NCBI GenBank assembly: GCA_049968255.1
Contig: JBMFRB010000001.1
Coordinates: 320,001 to 384,000 of the forward strand
Direction of reading: 5' to 3'
Source of the DNA: Candidatus Sumerlaeaceae bacterium
GTDB taxonomy: Bacteria; Sumerlaeota; Sumerlaeia; Sumerlaeales; Sumerlaeaceae
DNA: 64,000 nucleotides
Shown: positions 20,735 through 30,122 of the stretch, in pieces
How positions within the stretch are numbered: the stretch's first letter is position 1
Layout of the letters: each line of letters starts with the position of its first letter
The notes under the pieces: generated by a model
What the model was told of the DNA's origin: nothing
Databases searched by the model: none
The model's input: the letters and a program-made list of their open reading frames with translations, nothing else
Translations under genes and position numbers: made by a program

Positions 20735-23700
20735 ATGATCGCTCACATTGTACTCGGCATGGCAGTGGCCCTTTTCTGGGGAATCGGTCGAGGCTACGCA
20801 GCCAACGCTGCAGCGAAACCGGTGCCTGCGGCGGAAGCTCATCCGCTGGACCAAATTCCCAGGGATGCGAGCCTTGACGAATGGCTTACGGAAGCGGATG
20901 GCGTAATCCGCGGGCAGTTGGCCGAGCCGAAGGTAAAAGTCAAGACTCTGAAGGCCACTCCCCAGGAGCTGCGGTTCGAATTTAGTGTCGCCCCAGAAGC
21001 AGCGCGAGAGGGCAAAATTGTCATTCCGCTGGTCGTTCCACGTGGTGAGATGACGACCGCAATACTCGAACGAATTGACATCGACGGCAAAAGCACTTCC
21101 GAGGCCGCAACGCTTGGTTTGATTAAGGTAAAAGCGCAAGAACTTGGCTACATCCGCACGTTTCGCGTAGCGACGTTTTCTTTGAGTTTCGAACCACGTG
21201 GCCTTGGAGGGTGCGGGCTGCGTGGCGGCGTTGGGACAATCATGTTTGTTCCTCCTTCGCCGATCCGTGATTTGAGTGCAATCAAGTTCTGGGCTCGCAA
21301 TCGTGTGGGCATTTTCCGCAACCTTGTGCAAAAGCTTGTGGCAAATCCCTCGGACGTGGACCGTTATATCGTGGTGCCCGAACAGGCGATCCCACGAGCC
21401 ATTGCGCCGATAAGTTCCCCTCCACCGGAACTCGAGAAGTCGCCTTTTCGCATGCGTATTCGCGTGCGCACGCCGGGAATCTATCGCATCACGGCAAGCG
21501 ATCTCGAATCGTCTGGGGTGGTGGTGACATGGCTTGATCCGCACCATCTGCGCCTCTTCAATAACGGCCACGAGGTCCCCATGCTGCTGGTGCGTGGCGC
21601 CAACAGCGACGCTGCCACCATGCAGCCAGATGATCTGTTGCTTTTTTACGGCGCAGAAAACACTTCGCGGTTTTCCGCGGACAACGTCTACTGGCTTATT
21701 TACGATGAATCGCGGAGCGCCCAGGCAATGCCGCGAGCTCCCACAGCCGCGCCGACAGAGGTTTGCCAGAGCGCCTCGACCTTCCTGACGAAGACTGTCA
21801 TTGAACAGGACACGAAAGTGCTCACGCGCAGCGATCAGTTTCTCAGCATTCTGGGCTTTCGCTGGATTTGGCATGAAATTCCCACATCGGGCACGTTTAC
21901 CAGTACGTTTGACCTGCCAGGATTTCAACCAACAGGTCGAGCGCTTGCAACTGTGATGAATGTTTTTGTTCATGATCTGGGGCCGGCAACGAGCGTGACC
22001 ATCTGCCTGCGTCTCAACAACGGCGCTGTGCGGCGCTTCCCCTTGGCTTCTGAGCGCGACGAACGCAAAACTTTTACCATCCCTGAGCAAGAGATGCGGG
22101 CGCAGGGAAATCGTTTCGAGATCTGGCTTGAGGTTGAAGACCAGAAAGAAGGGTGCACCTTGCCAGTCGCCGGGACGCAGGCACCCGAAGTTTATTTGGA
22201 TAATTTTGAGATTTGGTATTCGCGTCCCTACTTTGTTGACACCTTGCCTGCCGAGGTGATGTCGCCCTACCGCGAGGACACGCACACACTTCGGCTGATG
22301 GAATACAATGTGGGACTCGCGAAACCGCAGCAGCGCATCTTCATCTTTGACGTAAGTGGACCCACGCCGCAAGTAGTTCCTACTAATATCAGAGAAACAA
22401 GTTCGGGACAGCACATTCTGAATTTCCGTGTACGCGAAGATTCCCCGCGCCGCTACATGATCACAACTCCGGAACAAGCGTTGGCGATTCGGTTCGAGCC
22501 AGCACCCACCTCAGCAGTGGACTTGCGCTCAACAGCGACGCAAGCAGATTACCTCATCATTGCGTATCCTGATTTCGTGGAGCCGATGAAAAAGTTCGCC
22601 CTCCGGAAAGAACGTGAGGGGCACAAGGTTCTGCTCGTGGATACGCAAACGATTTATGACCAGTTCGCCCATGGCCAAGAGACCCCCGAGGCGATCAAGC
22701 GCTTTATTGATTACGCAGCGCGCTATTATGATGCGCCAGCAGGACAACCGCCAGCGAGTTACGTGCTGTTGGTGGGCGACGCAACTAGCGCCTACAAGAA
22801 TGAATTCCACAACAACGTGGTGAATTACGTGCCATCCTTTACGATGAGCACGGACAGTCCCACAGGTGAACAGTGGGCGTCGGACCACTGGTACTCGCGG
22901 CTATTTGGGACGGACGATTTGGCGGACGTGTTCATCGGACGCTTGTCGGTAAACAATCGTAAAGACCTGGAAAACATCCTCGCAAAACTCGAAGATTACG
23001 AGAAACAACGCACCCAAAAGGCGGAGTGGCGAAGTCGCGTAGGCTTCGTAGCTGACCACACGGAGTTCGATGCCCCAACGCGGCGCGTGGCTGAGCTAAT
23101 GCCGCCCGCCTACACCATCACGCGCCTTTCGCTTTCCGAAGAGCCGTGGGAAGACAACTTCTACTTCCCCAGAGAGGTCACAGAAAGCAAAAAGGCAAAG
23201 GTCAGCCCGGAGATGACACGCAAGATCCGTGACCTGTTCAATGGAGGCGCGGCTGCGATTTTGTACTTCGGTCATGGCTCCCCCAATGTCTGGTCCACAC
23301 AGCGCATCTGGTTCGGTGGTGACAGCGAAAACTCCGATAATCTCATGCTAGGCAATCGCGACCGGCTGCCGGTGGTGCTGAATATGACCTGCAATAGCGG
23401 GGCGATTGATTATCCGCTGCCTCGCTGGAATGTATGCATCAGCGAGGATTTCCTGCGTGTACCCAATGGTGGTGCCATAGCATGCTACGTGCCGGCTGGG
23501 CCAGGGATGGCGAGCATTCACGAGATTTTCTCGCGTGAGCTGGTACGCTCGCTTTTTGCTGAACGCATGGAGCCATTGGGACCAGCGCTCATCCTAGCGA
23601 CATACCGCTATCTGGCCGAGGGCAATCCACCAGATTTAGTGCGAATGTTCATTTTGCTGGGCGACCCGAGCATGCAATCCGCTATCGAAGCAAAGGGGGG

Positions 23701-25069
23701 AATGTTTGCAACTGGTCTTGGGAGCGCGAAAGATCTCAGTGTGCGGAGAAGTGCCGCGATGGTGTCCCCTTCGCGCGATGGTCAAACAACCGTCACCATA
23801 TCTCTCGACGTTTTCAACACTTCAGAAAAGCCAATCCGCGATGCTGTCTTCAATGTGACGGGCAACGGTTTCTCTGCGGAAAGTGACGCACTTTGCTTTC
23901 TGCCGCGAGAAAAGCGCGAGGTTGTGATCACCGGGCAGTCTGGCCCCGGAATAACTTCGGTGACTATCAGCGCGCGTTCCTACGGTTGCGAAAGAGATAT
24001 CCCTCTCGAATTACCGGAACCAGTGGCGATTGTCGTGGGCGGCGAAGAAACATCGGCCCCGCTGCGAGTGGTGCCTGGATCTCTTCAGGTTCGGCACACA
24101 GCACAACCTTACTCGGCCGAATTATCGCTCACCGTGGCAAACGTGGGGAAAGCGAAGATCGCCAACCTGCGCGCAATGCTGGTAACAAGTCAGACGCTGG
24201 TCCAAGAATCGCTCACAACTCTACCTCTCCTTTCGCCGGGTGAGAGCCGCCGTATCGAGCTACGGCGGACGTACATTGAATTTCCGGAACGCGAAGAGAC
24301 CAACCTCGTGATCGAAGGCGAATCGGAAGAAAGCAGCCTACGCGTGTCGCTGCAAATGCCAGTGCTCTTAGGCAAAGAAGCGATGGCCGATCTCATCATT
24401 CCCGAAGGCGGCATTATGCCCCATAAGGCACCGGTGGTCGAAGGCGAAACTGTATTTTTCCGCGTGGTGGTGGAAAACATCGGCAATTCGGTGGCGCGTA
24501 ACGTCCGTGTGGATGGTTACGACGGCACAACGACGGGCGCGATGCCTTTGCAGTCGCGAGTGCTACGGCCTTATGAGCCTGTTGACATTGCTCCCCATGG
24601 ACGGGCTGTTTTCACAGTTCGGTGGGATCCCACGCGCAACGCTGGAGTTCACGATTTTCTTTTCCGCACATGGTGCAGCAGCATTGATGCCGAACGCCGC
24701 ATGGATAACAATGAGCGGGTTGTGCGGATGAAAGTGCTAACAAAATCTCGATTACGTCCGTTGGGTGTATCCGTCCTTCCTCTTACGGAAGAAGATCGCC
24801 AGAAGCGTCAACTTCGCCTGCTCGTGCGAATCGCCAATGATGGTGAAGGCCCCGCCCATGGCGTGCGGGTCGTCGTTTATGCGGACCGGCGCACACACGA
24901 CCGAAACGCTGTCTTGGCTGACGATCTCATCGAGGCAATCCAAGGCAAGCAAGTCGTCGAGAGAAGCTTGACCTATCGTTTGAAGGAGGAAGATCGAGGG
25001 CGACGGATCGAGCCGTGGTGCGAGGTTTTCCTCAAGGGATCCCTGCAGCGGGTGCCATGGCCGGAATGA
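20735..25069 (+). CDS. Large secreted C25 (gingipain/PorU-like) cysteine peptidase with C-terminal CARDB-like Ig domains
   Basis: Hydrophobic signal from ATG 20735; PGIYRIT...DPHHLRLFNNGHEVP...LLFYG...DNVYWL; ADYLIIA, IYDQF, YVLLVGDA, SDHWY, FIGRL, YFGHGS (His), MTCNSG (Cys), ILLGDP; CARDB-like VVVENIG and RMDNNE. Confidence 0.85.
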   Translation: MIAHIVLGMAVALFWGIGRGYAANAAAKPVPAAEAHPLDQIPRDASLDEWLTEADGVIRGQLAEPKVKVKTLKATPQELRFEFSVAPEAAREGKIVIPLVVPRGEMTTAILERIDIDGKSTSEAATLGLIKVKAQELGYIRTFRVATFSLSFEPRGLGGCGLRGGVGTIMFVPPSPIRDLSAIKFWARNRVGIFRNLVQKLVANPSDVDRYIVVPEQAIPRAIAPISSPPPELEKSPFRMRIRVRTPGIYRITASDLESSGVVVTWLDPHHLRLFNNGHEVPMLLVRGANSDAATMQPDDLLLFYGAENTSRFSADNVYWLIYDESRSAQAMPRAPTAAPTEVCQSASTFLTKTVIEQDTKVLTRSDQFLSILGFRWIWHEIPTSGTFTSTFDLPGFQPTGRALATVMNVFVHDLGPATSVTICLRLNNGAVRRFPLASERDERKTFTIPEQEMRAQGNRFEIWLEVEDQKEGCTLPVAGTQAPEVYLDNFEIWYSRPYFVDTLPAEVMSPYREDTHTLRLMEYNVGLAKPQQRIFIFDVSGPTPQVVPTNIRETSSGQHILNFRVREDSPRRYMITTPEQALAIRFEPAPTSAVDLRSTATQADYLIIAYPDFVEPMKKFALRKEREGHKVLLVDTQTIYDQFAHGQETPEAIKRFIDYAARYYDAPAGQPPASYVLLVGDATSAYKNEFHNNVVNYVPSFTMSTDSPTGEQWASDHWYSRLFGTDDLADVFIGRLSVNNRKDLENILAKLEDYEKQRTQKAEWRSRVGFVADHTEFDAPTRRVAELMPPAYTITRLSLSEEPWEDNFYFPREVTESKKAKVSPEMTRKIRDLFNGGAAAILYFGHGSPNVWSTQRIWFGGDSENSDNLMLGNRDRLPVVLNMTCNSGAIDYPLPRWNVCISEDFLRVPNGGAIACYVPAGPGMASIHEIFSRELVRSLFAERMEPLGPALILATYRYLAEGNPPDLVRMFILLGDPSMQSAIEAKGGMFATGLGSAKDLSVRRSAAMVSPSRDGQTTVTISLDVFNTSEKPIRDAVFNVTGNGFSAESDALCFLPREKREVVITGQSGPGITSVTISARSYGCERDIPLELPEPVAIVVGGEETSAPLRVVPGSLQVRHTAQPYSAELSLTVANVGKAKIANLRAMLVTSQTLVQESLTTLPLLSPGESRRIELRRTYIEFPEREETNLVIEGESEESSLRVSLQMPVLLGKEAMADLIIPEGGIMPHKAPVVEGETVFFRVVVENIGNSVARNVRVDGYDGTTTGAMPLQSRVLRPYEPVDIAPHGRAVFTVRWDPTRNAGVHDFLFRTWCSSIDAERRMDNNERVVRMKVLTKSRLRPLGVSVLPLTEEDRQKRQLRLLVRIANDGEGPAHGVRVVVYADRRTHDRNAVLADDLIEAIQGKQVVERSLTYRLKEEDRGRRIEPWCEVFLKGSLQRVPWPE

Positions 25070-25773
25070 TTGGCGCGACACAAACGGGCGGGCTTGCCCT
25101 GGGACTGAGATTTGAGCGGTCCATGCTTGAGAGCGCCATCGTCAAAGAGCTCAAGCGAGGCCACACTGCCTTGTCTCCCGACGTGTGGCTCGTTCGGATC
25201 AACAACGAATTGGCTGTGTGGAAAGATTACGGTCGCCGAGGAGCTCTTGGGCGAGCGTGGGGTCGTTACGTAATCCATCGCGAGACGCGTGCTTTGGAGA
25301 TTTTGTCGGATGTCGAGGGTGTTCCGCATCTGCTTGGCCGAGTGGGCACGACAGGTCTCGTGATGTCGTTTTGCAGTGGCACTATTGTGCCGCGTCGAGG
25401 GATTCGGCAATTTTTGCAGCCGGAGTTTTTTGACCGGGCAAGCACACTACTTCACGAAATCCATCGGTGCGGAGTGGCTCACGCCGACATTCGGAGAAAA
25501 AACATTCTTGTGCGACCTGATGGATCGCCTGCGCTCATTGATTTCCAGACAGCTGTGCTGCGCGGTGAATCGTGGTGGCGCAGCTGGTTGTTTGCTTTTT
25601 TCTGTCGCGTAGACGAATGGAATCTTCTGCGGATCAAAGCGAAATCGTTCCCACACTTTCTGACGGAAGAGGAACAGCGCAAGCTTGCATGCCCTCCATT
25701 TTGGCTTCGCGTGGGGCGTTTTTTGCGCCGCGATCTTTACAGACGCGTGAAGCCCAAAACTCGCGAACAATGA
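25066..25773 (+). CDS. Kdo/RIO-like protein-kinase-fold enzyme
   Basis: VWKDY, RETRAL, GVPHLL, GVAHADIRRKNILV, LIDFQTA; ATGA overlap with the peptidase stop (alternative start 25123). Confidence 0.8.
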   Translation: MIGATQTGGLALGLRFERSMLESAIVKELKRGHTALSPDVWLVRINNELAVWKDYGRRGALGRAWGRYVIHRETRALEILSDVEGVPHLLGRVGTTGLVMSFCSGTIVPRRGIRQFLQPEFFDRASTLLHEIHRCGVAHADIRRKNILVRPDGSPALIDFQTAVLRGESWWRSWLFAFFCRVDEWNLLRIKAKSFPHFLTEEEQRKLACPPFWLRVGRFLRRDLYRRVKPKTREQ

Positions 25774-25784
25774 CACGCACTGCG

Positions 25785-27635
25785 TCACTTCACCACGTTG
25801 TTGCGCCAGATTTGCGGTTTTGGCCGACAACCACACGTGGCTTTTTTCAGCTGCTGCAACCGTGCACCGATTTCGGTGATGCATTTTTCCCATTCGCCGC
25901 CATCTGGCTCATTCGGATAAAGAGCCCGACAGAGCTCTTTGAGTTTTTCGACCTCACGCACCACTGCGGCGCGTTCGAGCCGGGAGGCAACGTTCTCAAG
26001 CGCTTCGGAAGTGATAAATTCCATTGGCTCCATTTCCTCGACGGCAAGTGCTCGCAGGAACTGAGCATCCTCGCTATCGGGCTCCGGACAAAGCTCCCAA
26101 AGATCACTCCACGAGACGGAAAGCCCGTCGAGCAGACGATCACGGCAAAGTGCGTACCATTTTTTCACCATAGGATGGGTGAGCCACTCAGGAGGTACAA
26201 GCTGGAGGATGCTGAACTGCAGGTCCTCATTCTCGATGCACAACCGCAGCAAATAGCGCTCCTGCTTGGGGGCTGCTGGAAATTCAGGCACCGGCAGCGT
26301 TTGAGATGTCGCTGGATTTGCGGCGCGTGCGCTTTTTGCGAGTTCGCGCCGGAGGGCTGCTTCATTGGTGCCTAGGATCTGAGCTGTTCGCGCAAGGTAA
26401 GATTGGAGAGCGATGGCGTTGGTAACTTTGCTGAGAATCGGGCGAAGAAAATTGAACGCCTGCACCTTTCCTTGCACCGTGTGAACGCCGAATTGCGCGA
26501 TGGCAGTGTCGAGGAAAAACTCGTAAAAATCACGGGCAGCATCGAGCTGCCTCTGAAATGCCTCTGTCCCAAACTCGAGCAAGAACGAGTCCGGATCATG
26601 ATTGTCGGGGAGCACGACAACGTTGATCGAAAACTCGTGCTCGAGCAGCACTTCGCATCCGCGCAACATGGCCTTTTGGCCAGCCTCATCGCCGTCGTAG
26701 ACGAAAACGACACTATCGCAAAGCCGTCGAAGGGTCCGCACGTGATCAGGGGTAAGTGCCGTCCCACACGTGGCCACCGTATTGGTAAAGCCGTGCTGGT
26801 GCGCGCGAATGACATCAAAATACCCTTCGACCAGAATGGCTGTGCCCTGGCGCGCGATTGTCTCTTTCGCAAGGTGAAAACCGTAGAGGTACTGCCCCTT
26901 CTTGTAGAGGTCCGTTTCTGGGGAATTGATGTATTTGGGCTGGTCGGTGCCAGCATCCGGAAGGTACACACGGGCGCCGAAGGCCACAGGCCGTCCCAAG
27001 TTATCGCATATAGGAAAAATGAGCCGGCTTCTGAAGCGATCATAGAAACTGCCTTTCTCGGGATGGCGCAGAACGACACCCGCGGCTACAGCTTGGTCGG
27101 GATGGTAGCCCGCGTGACGAAGATGATCAAGAAGAGTGGTCCAATCCTCTGATGCCAAGCCGAGACGGAACTTGGCAATCGAGTCCGGATCAAGAGCGCG
27201 TCGCGCAAGGTAGATGCTGATGGGATGATTGGGGACCAGGAGCGTCTTTGAAAGTATTTTGCTAAATAATTGACATGATAATTCGTTTATTTCGTAAAGA
27301 GTTCTTCGGGCGTCCTTGTCTGGCTGCTGGCCTTCGCGTCGAAATTCAGGCATTCGGACGCCGTAGCGCTCGGCAAGCAGGCGCACAGCATCTTTCCACT
27401 CAATATGCTCGACAAGCTCGATAAACCGGAAAACGTCGCCACCAGCATGACAGCCGAAGCAGTGGAAGATTTGTTTGGGCTGGCTGACCATGAACGACGG
27501 GGTTTTTTCACGGTGGAAGGGGCAGAGCCCTTTCCAGTTTGAACCCGTACGCCGGAGCTTCACATAGCCGTTGATGACATCAACGATGTCAATCCGGTCT
27601 TTGAGTTCATTGGCGAAAGCGACGAGCGTACCCAT
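25785..27635 (-). CDS. dnaG: DNA primase
   Basis: GLCPFHREKTPSF, FHCFGC, YDRFRSRLIFPI, PKYINSPET, LVEGYFDV, YDGDEAG, DPDSF. Confidence 0.97.
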   Translation of the reverse strand: MGTLVAFANELKDRIDIVDVINGYVKLRRTGSNWKGLCPFHREKTPSFMVSQPKQIFHCFGCHAGGDVFRFIELVEHIEWKDAVRLLAERYGVRMPEFRREGQQPDKDARRTLYEINELSCQLFSKILSKTLLVPNHPISIYLARRALDPDSIAKFRLGLASEDWTTLLDHLRHAGYHPDQAVAAGVVLRHPEKGSFYDRFRSRLIFPICDNLGRPVAFGARVYLPDAGTDQPKYINSPETDLYKKGQYLYGFHLAKETIARQGTAILVEGYFDVIRAHQHGFTNTVATCGTALTPDHVRTLRRLCDSVVFVYDGDEAGQKAMLRGCEVLLEHEFSINVVVLPDNHDPDSFLLEFGTEAFQRQLDAARDFYEFFLDTAIAQFGVHTVQGKVQAFNFLRPILSKVTNAIALQSYLARTAQILGTNEAALRRELAKSARAANPATSQTLPVPEFPAAPKQERYLLRLCIENEDLQFSILQLVPPEWLTHPMVKKWYALCRDRLLDGLSVSWSDLWELCPEPDSEDAQFLRALAVEEMEPMEFITSEALENVASRLERAAVVREVEKLKELCRALYPNEPDGGEWEKCITEIGARLQQLKKATCGCRPKPQIWRNNVVK

Positions 27636-27879
27636 GCACTAGCCTCAATTTCCATGCGTCGCAGGAATGGGAAGCGACGTCACGGGCAAAAAACTACACC
27701 CGCCGTTGTTTTTGCCGCTCCTGGTCTTTTATTCGCCCCTGCGGGGGTATCTCCGAGCTTTGATCGCTGATTTCGGCAGGGCTCGTTTTTACGCAGGCAG
27801 GCACAGCCGTCGGTGCGTCGCCTTGTGCGGGGTCGAAGCTTACTCCTGAGCAAGGACGTCGGTCTGACGGGGATGGCAC

Positions 27880-27919
27880 AAGAACAAGAAACGGTGAAGG
27901 AGCGGAGGCTCCTTCACCG
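27880..27919 (-). terminator. Intrinsic terminator after HU gene
   Basis: 12-bp perfect stem cggtgaaggagc / gctccttcaccg, followed on the minus strand by TTTCTTGTTCTT. Confidence 0.8.
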
Positions 27920-27942
27920 GTGTAGGAAAGCGAGCACAGAGC

Positions 27943-28221
27943 TTACAGCATCTCTTTAAAGCTCGAAGCCGGCTTGAACGAAACGGTCTTACTGGCTTTG
28001 ATTTTGATTTCTTCGCCAGTTTGGGGATTGCGACCAGTGCGGGCCTTACGTGTTTTCACACTGAAGGTTCCGAAGCCAGGCATTTGGAACTTCTTCTCCT
28101 TCTTAACGGCCTTCATGATCTCATCGAAAGCGGCCTCGATGATGTCCTTTACCGCTGCCTTGCTCAACTCATGCTTGACGCACTTCTTGGCTACGGCGTC
28201 GATGAGTTCCTGCTTCTTCAT
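27943..28221 (-). CDS. hup: Histone-like DNA-binding protein HU
   Basis: MKKQELIDAVAK...PGFGTFSVKTRKARTGRNPQTGEEIKIKASKTVSFKP; SD AAAGGAG before ATG 28221. Confidence 0.96.
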   Translation of the reverse strand: MKKQELIDAVAKKCVKHELSKAAVKDIIEAAFDEIMKAVKKEKKFQMPGFGTFSVKTRKARTGRNPQTGEEIKIKASKTVSFKPASSFKEML

Positions 28222-28329
28222 AACGACTCCTTTCCTCAAGACTGAGCTTGGGTGGTCGAATGCTCGACCACTTCTATGGTTCGTACTTTTGCGGATTAGA
28301 GTGAGAACGTCAGATCGGTCAACCGAAAA

Positions 28330-29169
28330 GTGCCAGAGCATGCAAAAAAACTTACGGGTGCACCAGCCTCAGAAAACGCAAAACTTCGGCTAGATGCGTT
28401 AGTTGTGGAGCGGGGTCTGGCCGAAAGCCGGGAACAGGCCCAGCGGCTTATCATGGCTGGGCGCCTTGTCCACCCCCTAGGCAAGCCCCTGAAGCCAGGC
28501 ATGAAGGTCCCCAAGGATTTCCCCCTTGAGCTTTTAGAAGTGGAAAAATTCGTCAGCCGGGGCGGTTATAAGTTGGAGGCTGCACTTGATCGCTTCGGTA
28601 TTGTGGTACAAGGTCGGGTTTGCGCCGACGTTGGCGCTTCGACCGGCGGATTCACGGATTGCCTGCTACAGCGGGGAGCGAAGCTTGTCTATGCGGTGGA
28701 CGTCGGGGACTCGACACTCCACCGGCGATTGCGGGGGGATGGGCGCGTACGCGTGCTGGACCATACGAACGCGCGCCACCTGAACCCGGCGATTTTTACT
28801 GAGTTGCCTTCGTTTGTCGCCGTGGACGTTTCGTTTATATCTGTTACCAAGATCCTCCCAGCTGTGAGGCGCTGCGTCGCGGCGGAAGGACAATGTGTTG
28901 CTCTGATCAAGCCGCAGTTCGAAGCTACGCGTGAAGAAGTCTCGCGCGGACGTGGCGTGATTCGCGAGCCTGCAGTGCATAAAAGGATTTTGGAGCAGCT
29001 CCTCAGAGACATGCCGTTGCTGGGTTGGCACGCAGTCGGATTAATGGTCTCACCGATTCTTGGTGGGCAAGGCAACCGGGAATATCTCGCATGGCTCGAG
29101 CCAGGTAAGGGAACGGCGGAAGGAATTGACGTTGACCGCTTAGTGCATGAGGCATTCTTGATTCGGTGA
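28330..29169 (+). CDS. tlyA: TlyA family rRNA (cytidine-2'-O)-methyltransferase
   Basis: S4-like RLDALVVERGLAESREQAQRLIMAG; FVSRGGYKL, DVGASTGGFTDCLLQRGA, DVSFIS, LIKPQFE, GNREYL. Confidence 0.95.
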   Translation: MPEHAKKLTGAPASENAKLRLDALVVERGLAESREQAQRLIMAGRLVHPLGKPLKPGMKVPKDFPLELLEVEKFVSRGGYKLEAALDRFGIVVQGRVCADVGASTGGFTDCLLQRGAKLVYAVDVGDSTLHRRLRGDGRVRVLDHTNARHLNPAIFTELPSFVAVDVSFISVTKILPAVRRCVAAEGQCVALIKPQFEATREEVSRGRGVIREPAVHKRILEQLLRDMPLLGWHAVGLMVSPILGGQGNREYLAWLEPGKGTAEGIDVDRLVHEAFLIR

Positions 29170-30122
29170 GCAAGACGTTGTCCGGGGAGAATTCGATGAG
29201 TTCAGAAAAAATTGTGGTGATCGCCCATGCGTTGAAGTCCGAAGCATCCGCTGTGCTGCGAAACCTGCGTAAGTGGGCTGCAGGCAAGGGTTATGACGTC
29301 GTCACAAATCTTGCGGAAGGCATAGAGCCGGGAAGCAGCGCGAGCCGGACGCAAGATATGTTACTCCCTGACGAGGAGTTGACGCAACGTTTCCAGGGCG
29401 CGCGGTGTGCAATCACGCTGGGTGGTGATGGAACGCTTCTCTACGCAGCGCATCTCGTCGCCCCGCTTGGAATTCCCGTGTTGGCAGTGCATCTGGGCAG
29501 CCTTGGCTTTCATACGCAGGTTGAAACGGCGCGGTTGCACGCATGCCTGGACAGCTTTTTGCGCGGCGAGTGCCGAATTGAGCATCGCATGCTTCTGCAG
29601 GTCATTGTAGAGACAAACGGCGGAGCGGGCACGGCCGAGCATCGCCGGAGCGAATTGCTGGCCCTGAATGACGTCGTGGTTTCGAAGAGCGCCTGGGGAC
29701 GAATGGTTCATCTGCGGATTCACGTGGACGATCGGCCGGCGAGCGACCTTTATGCCGATGGTTTACTTATTGCGACGCCGACGGGCTCCTCCGCTTATAA
29801 TTATGCAGCGCGAGGCCCAGTGTTAGAACCGCGAATGGAGGCCATTGTGGTAAACGCCATATGCCCGCATCGCATCAATTTTTCCCCGGTGGTGCTGGAA
29901 AAGGATCACGTCATCAAGGTTGAGTTTCATCCGCGCAAGCCAAGCGAGGAAGCACAGCTTTTGGTGGACGGCCGTCCATGGGGCACCGTGAGTCACCTCG
30001 ACATTCTAAAGATTTGTAGGGCGCCAGTGTACCTTCGATTGGTTGTGTTCGAAGACCGATTCTTTGAGAAACTGCGCGAGAAACTTGCGTGGGGAGGCCT
30101 ATTCTGGAAAGCCGCTTCATGA
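29166..30122 (+). CDS. nadK: NAD kinase
   Basis: TLGGDGTLL, GSLGF, ALNDVVV, ADGLLIATPTGSSAYNYAA, ICPH, VDG. Confidence 0.95.
   Translation: MSKTLSGENSMSSEKIVVIAHALKSEASAVLRNLRKWAAGKGYDVVTNLAEGIEPGSSASRTQDMLLPDEELTQRFQGARCAITLGGDGTLLYAAHLVAPLGIPVLAVHLGSLGFHTQVETARLHACLDSFLRGECRIEHRMLLQVIVETNGGAGTAEHRRSELLALNDVVVSKSAWGRMVHLRIHVDDRPASDLYADGLLIATPTGSSAYNYAARGPVLEPRMEAIVVNAICPHRINFSPVVLEKDHVIKVEFHPRKPSEEAQLLVDGRPWGTVSHLDILKICRAPVYLRLVVFEDRFFEKLREKLAWGGLFWKAAS

Noticed and set aside
20642-22477. Long antisense ORFs (611 aa here; also 44277-45446, 56083-57087, 157-666)
   Set aside because: They lie opposite well-supported genes and translate to motif-free sequence, as expected for shadow ORFs in GC-rich coding DNA.
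7891-25069. Shared C-terminal sorting signal (PEP-CTERM, T9SS CTD, LPXTG) on the exported proteins
   Set aside because: The C-termini (ASVFFP, LATQKK, RVPWPE) share no motif and have no TM-plus-basic tail.
25066-25773. Bud32/KEOPS-like partner of the TsaC fusion
   Set aside because: The fold is shared, but the gene is 5.6 kb away, coupled to the peptidase, and better fits bacterial Kdo/RIO-like kinases; no other KEOPS genes are present.
27640-27879. SRP/6S RNA or a 61-aa ORF between HU and dnaG
   Set aside because: No SRP CAGG..GGAA..AGCAG core or 6S-like long duplex seen; the ORF has no SD or recognisable motif; probably dnaG promoter/leader.
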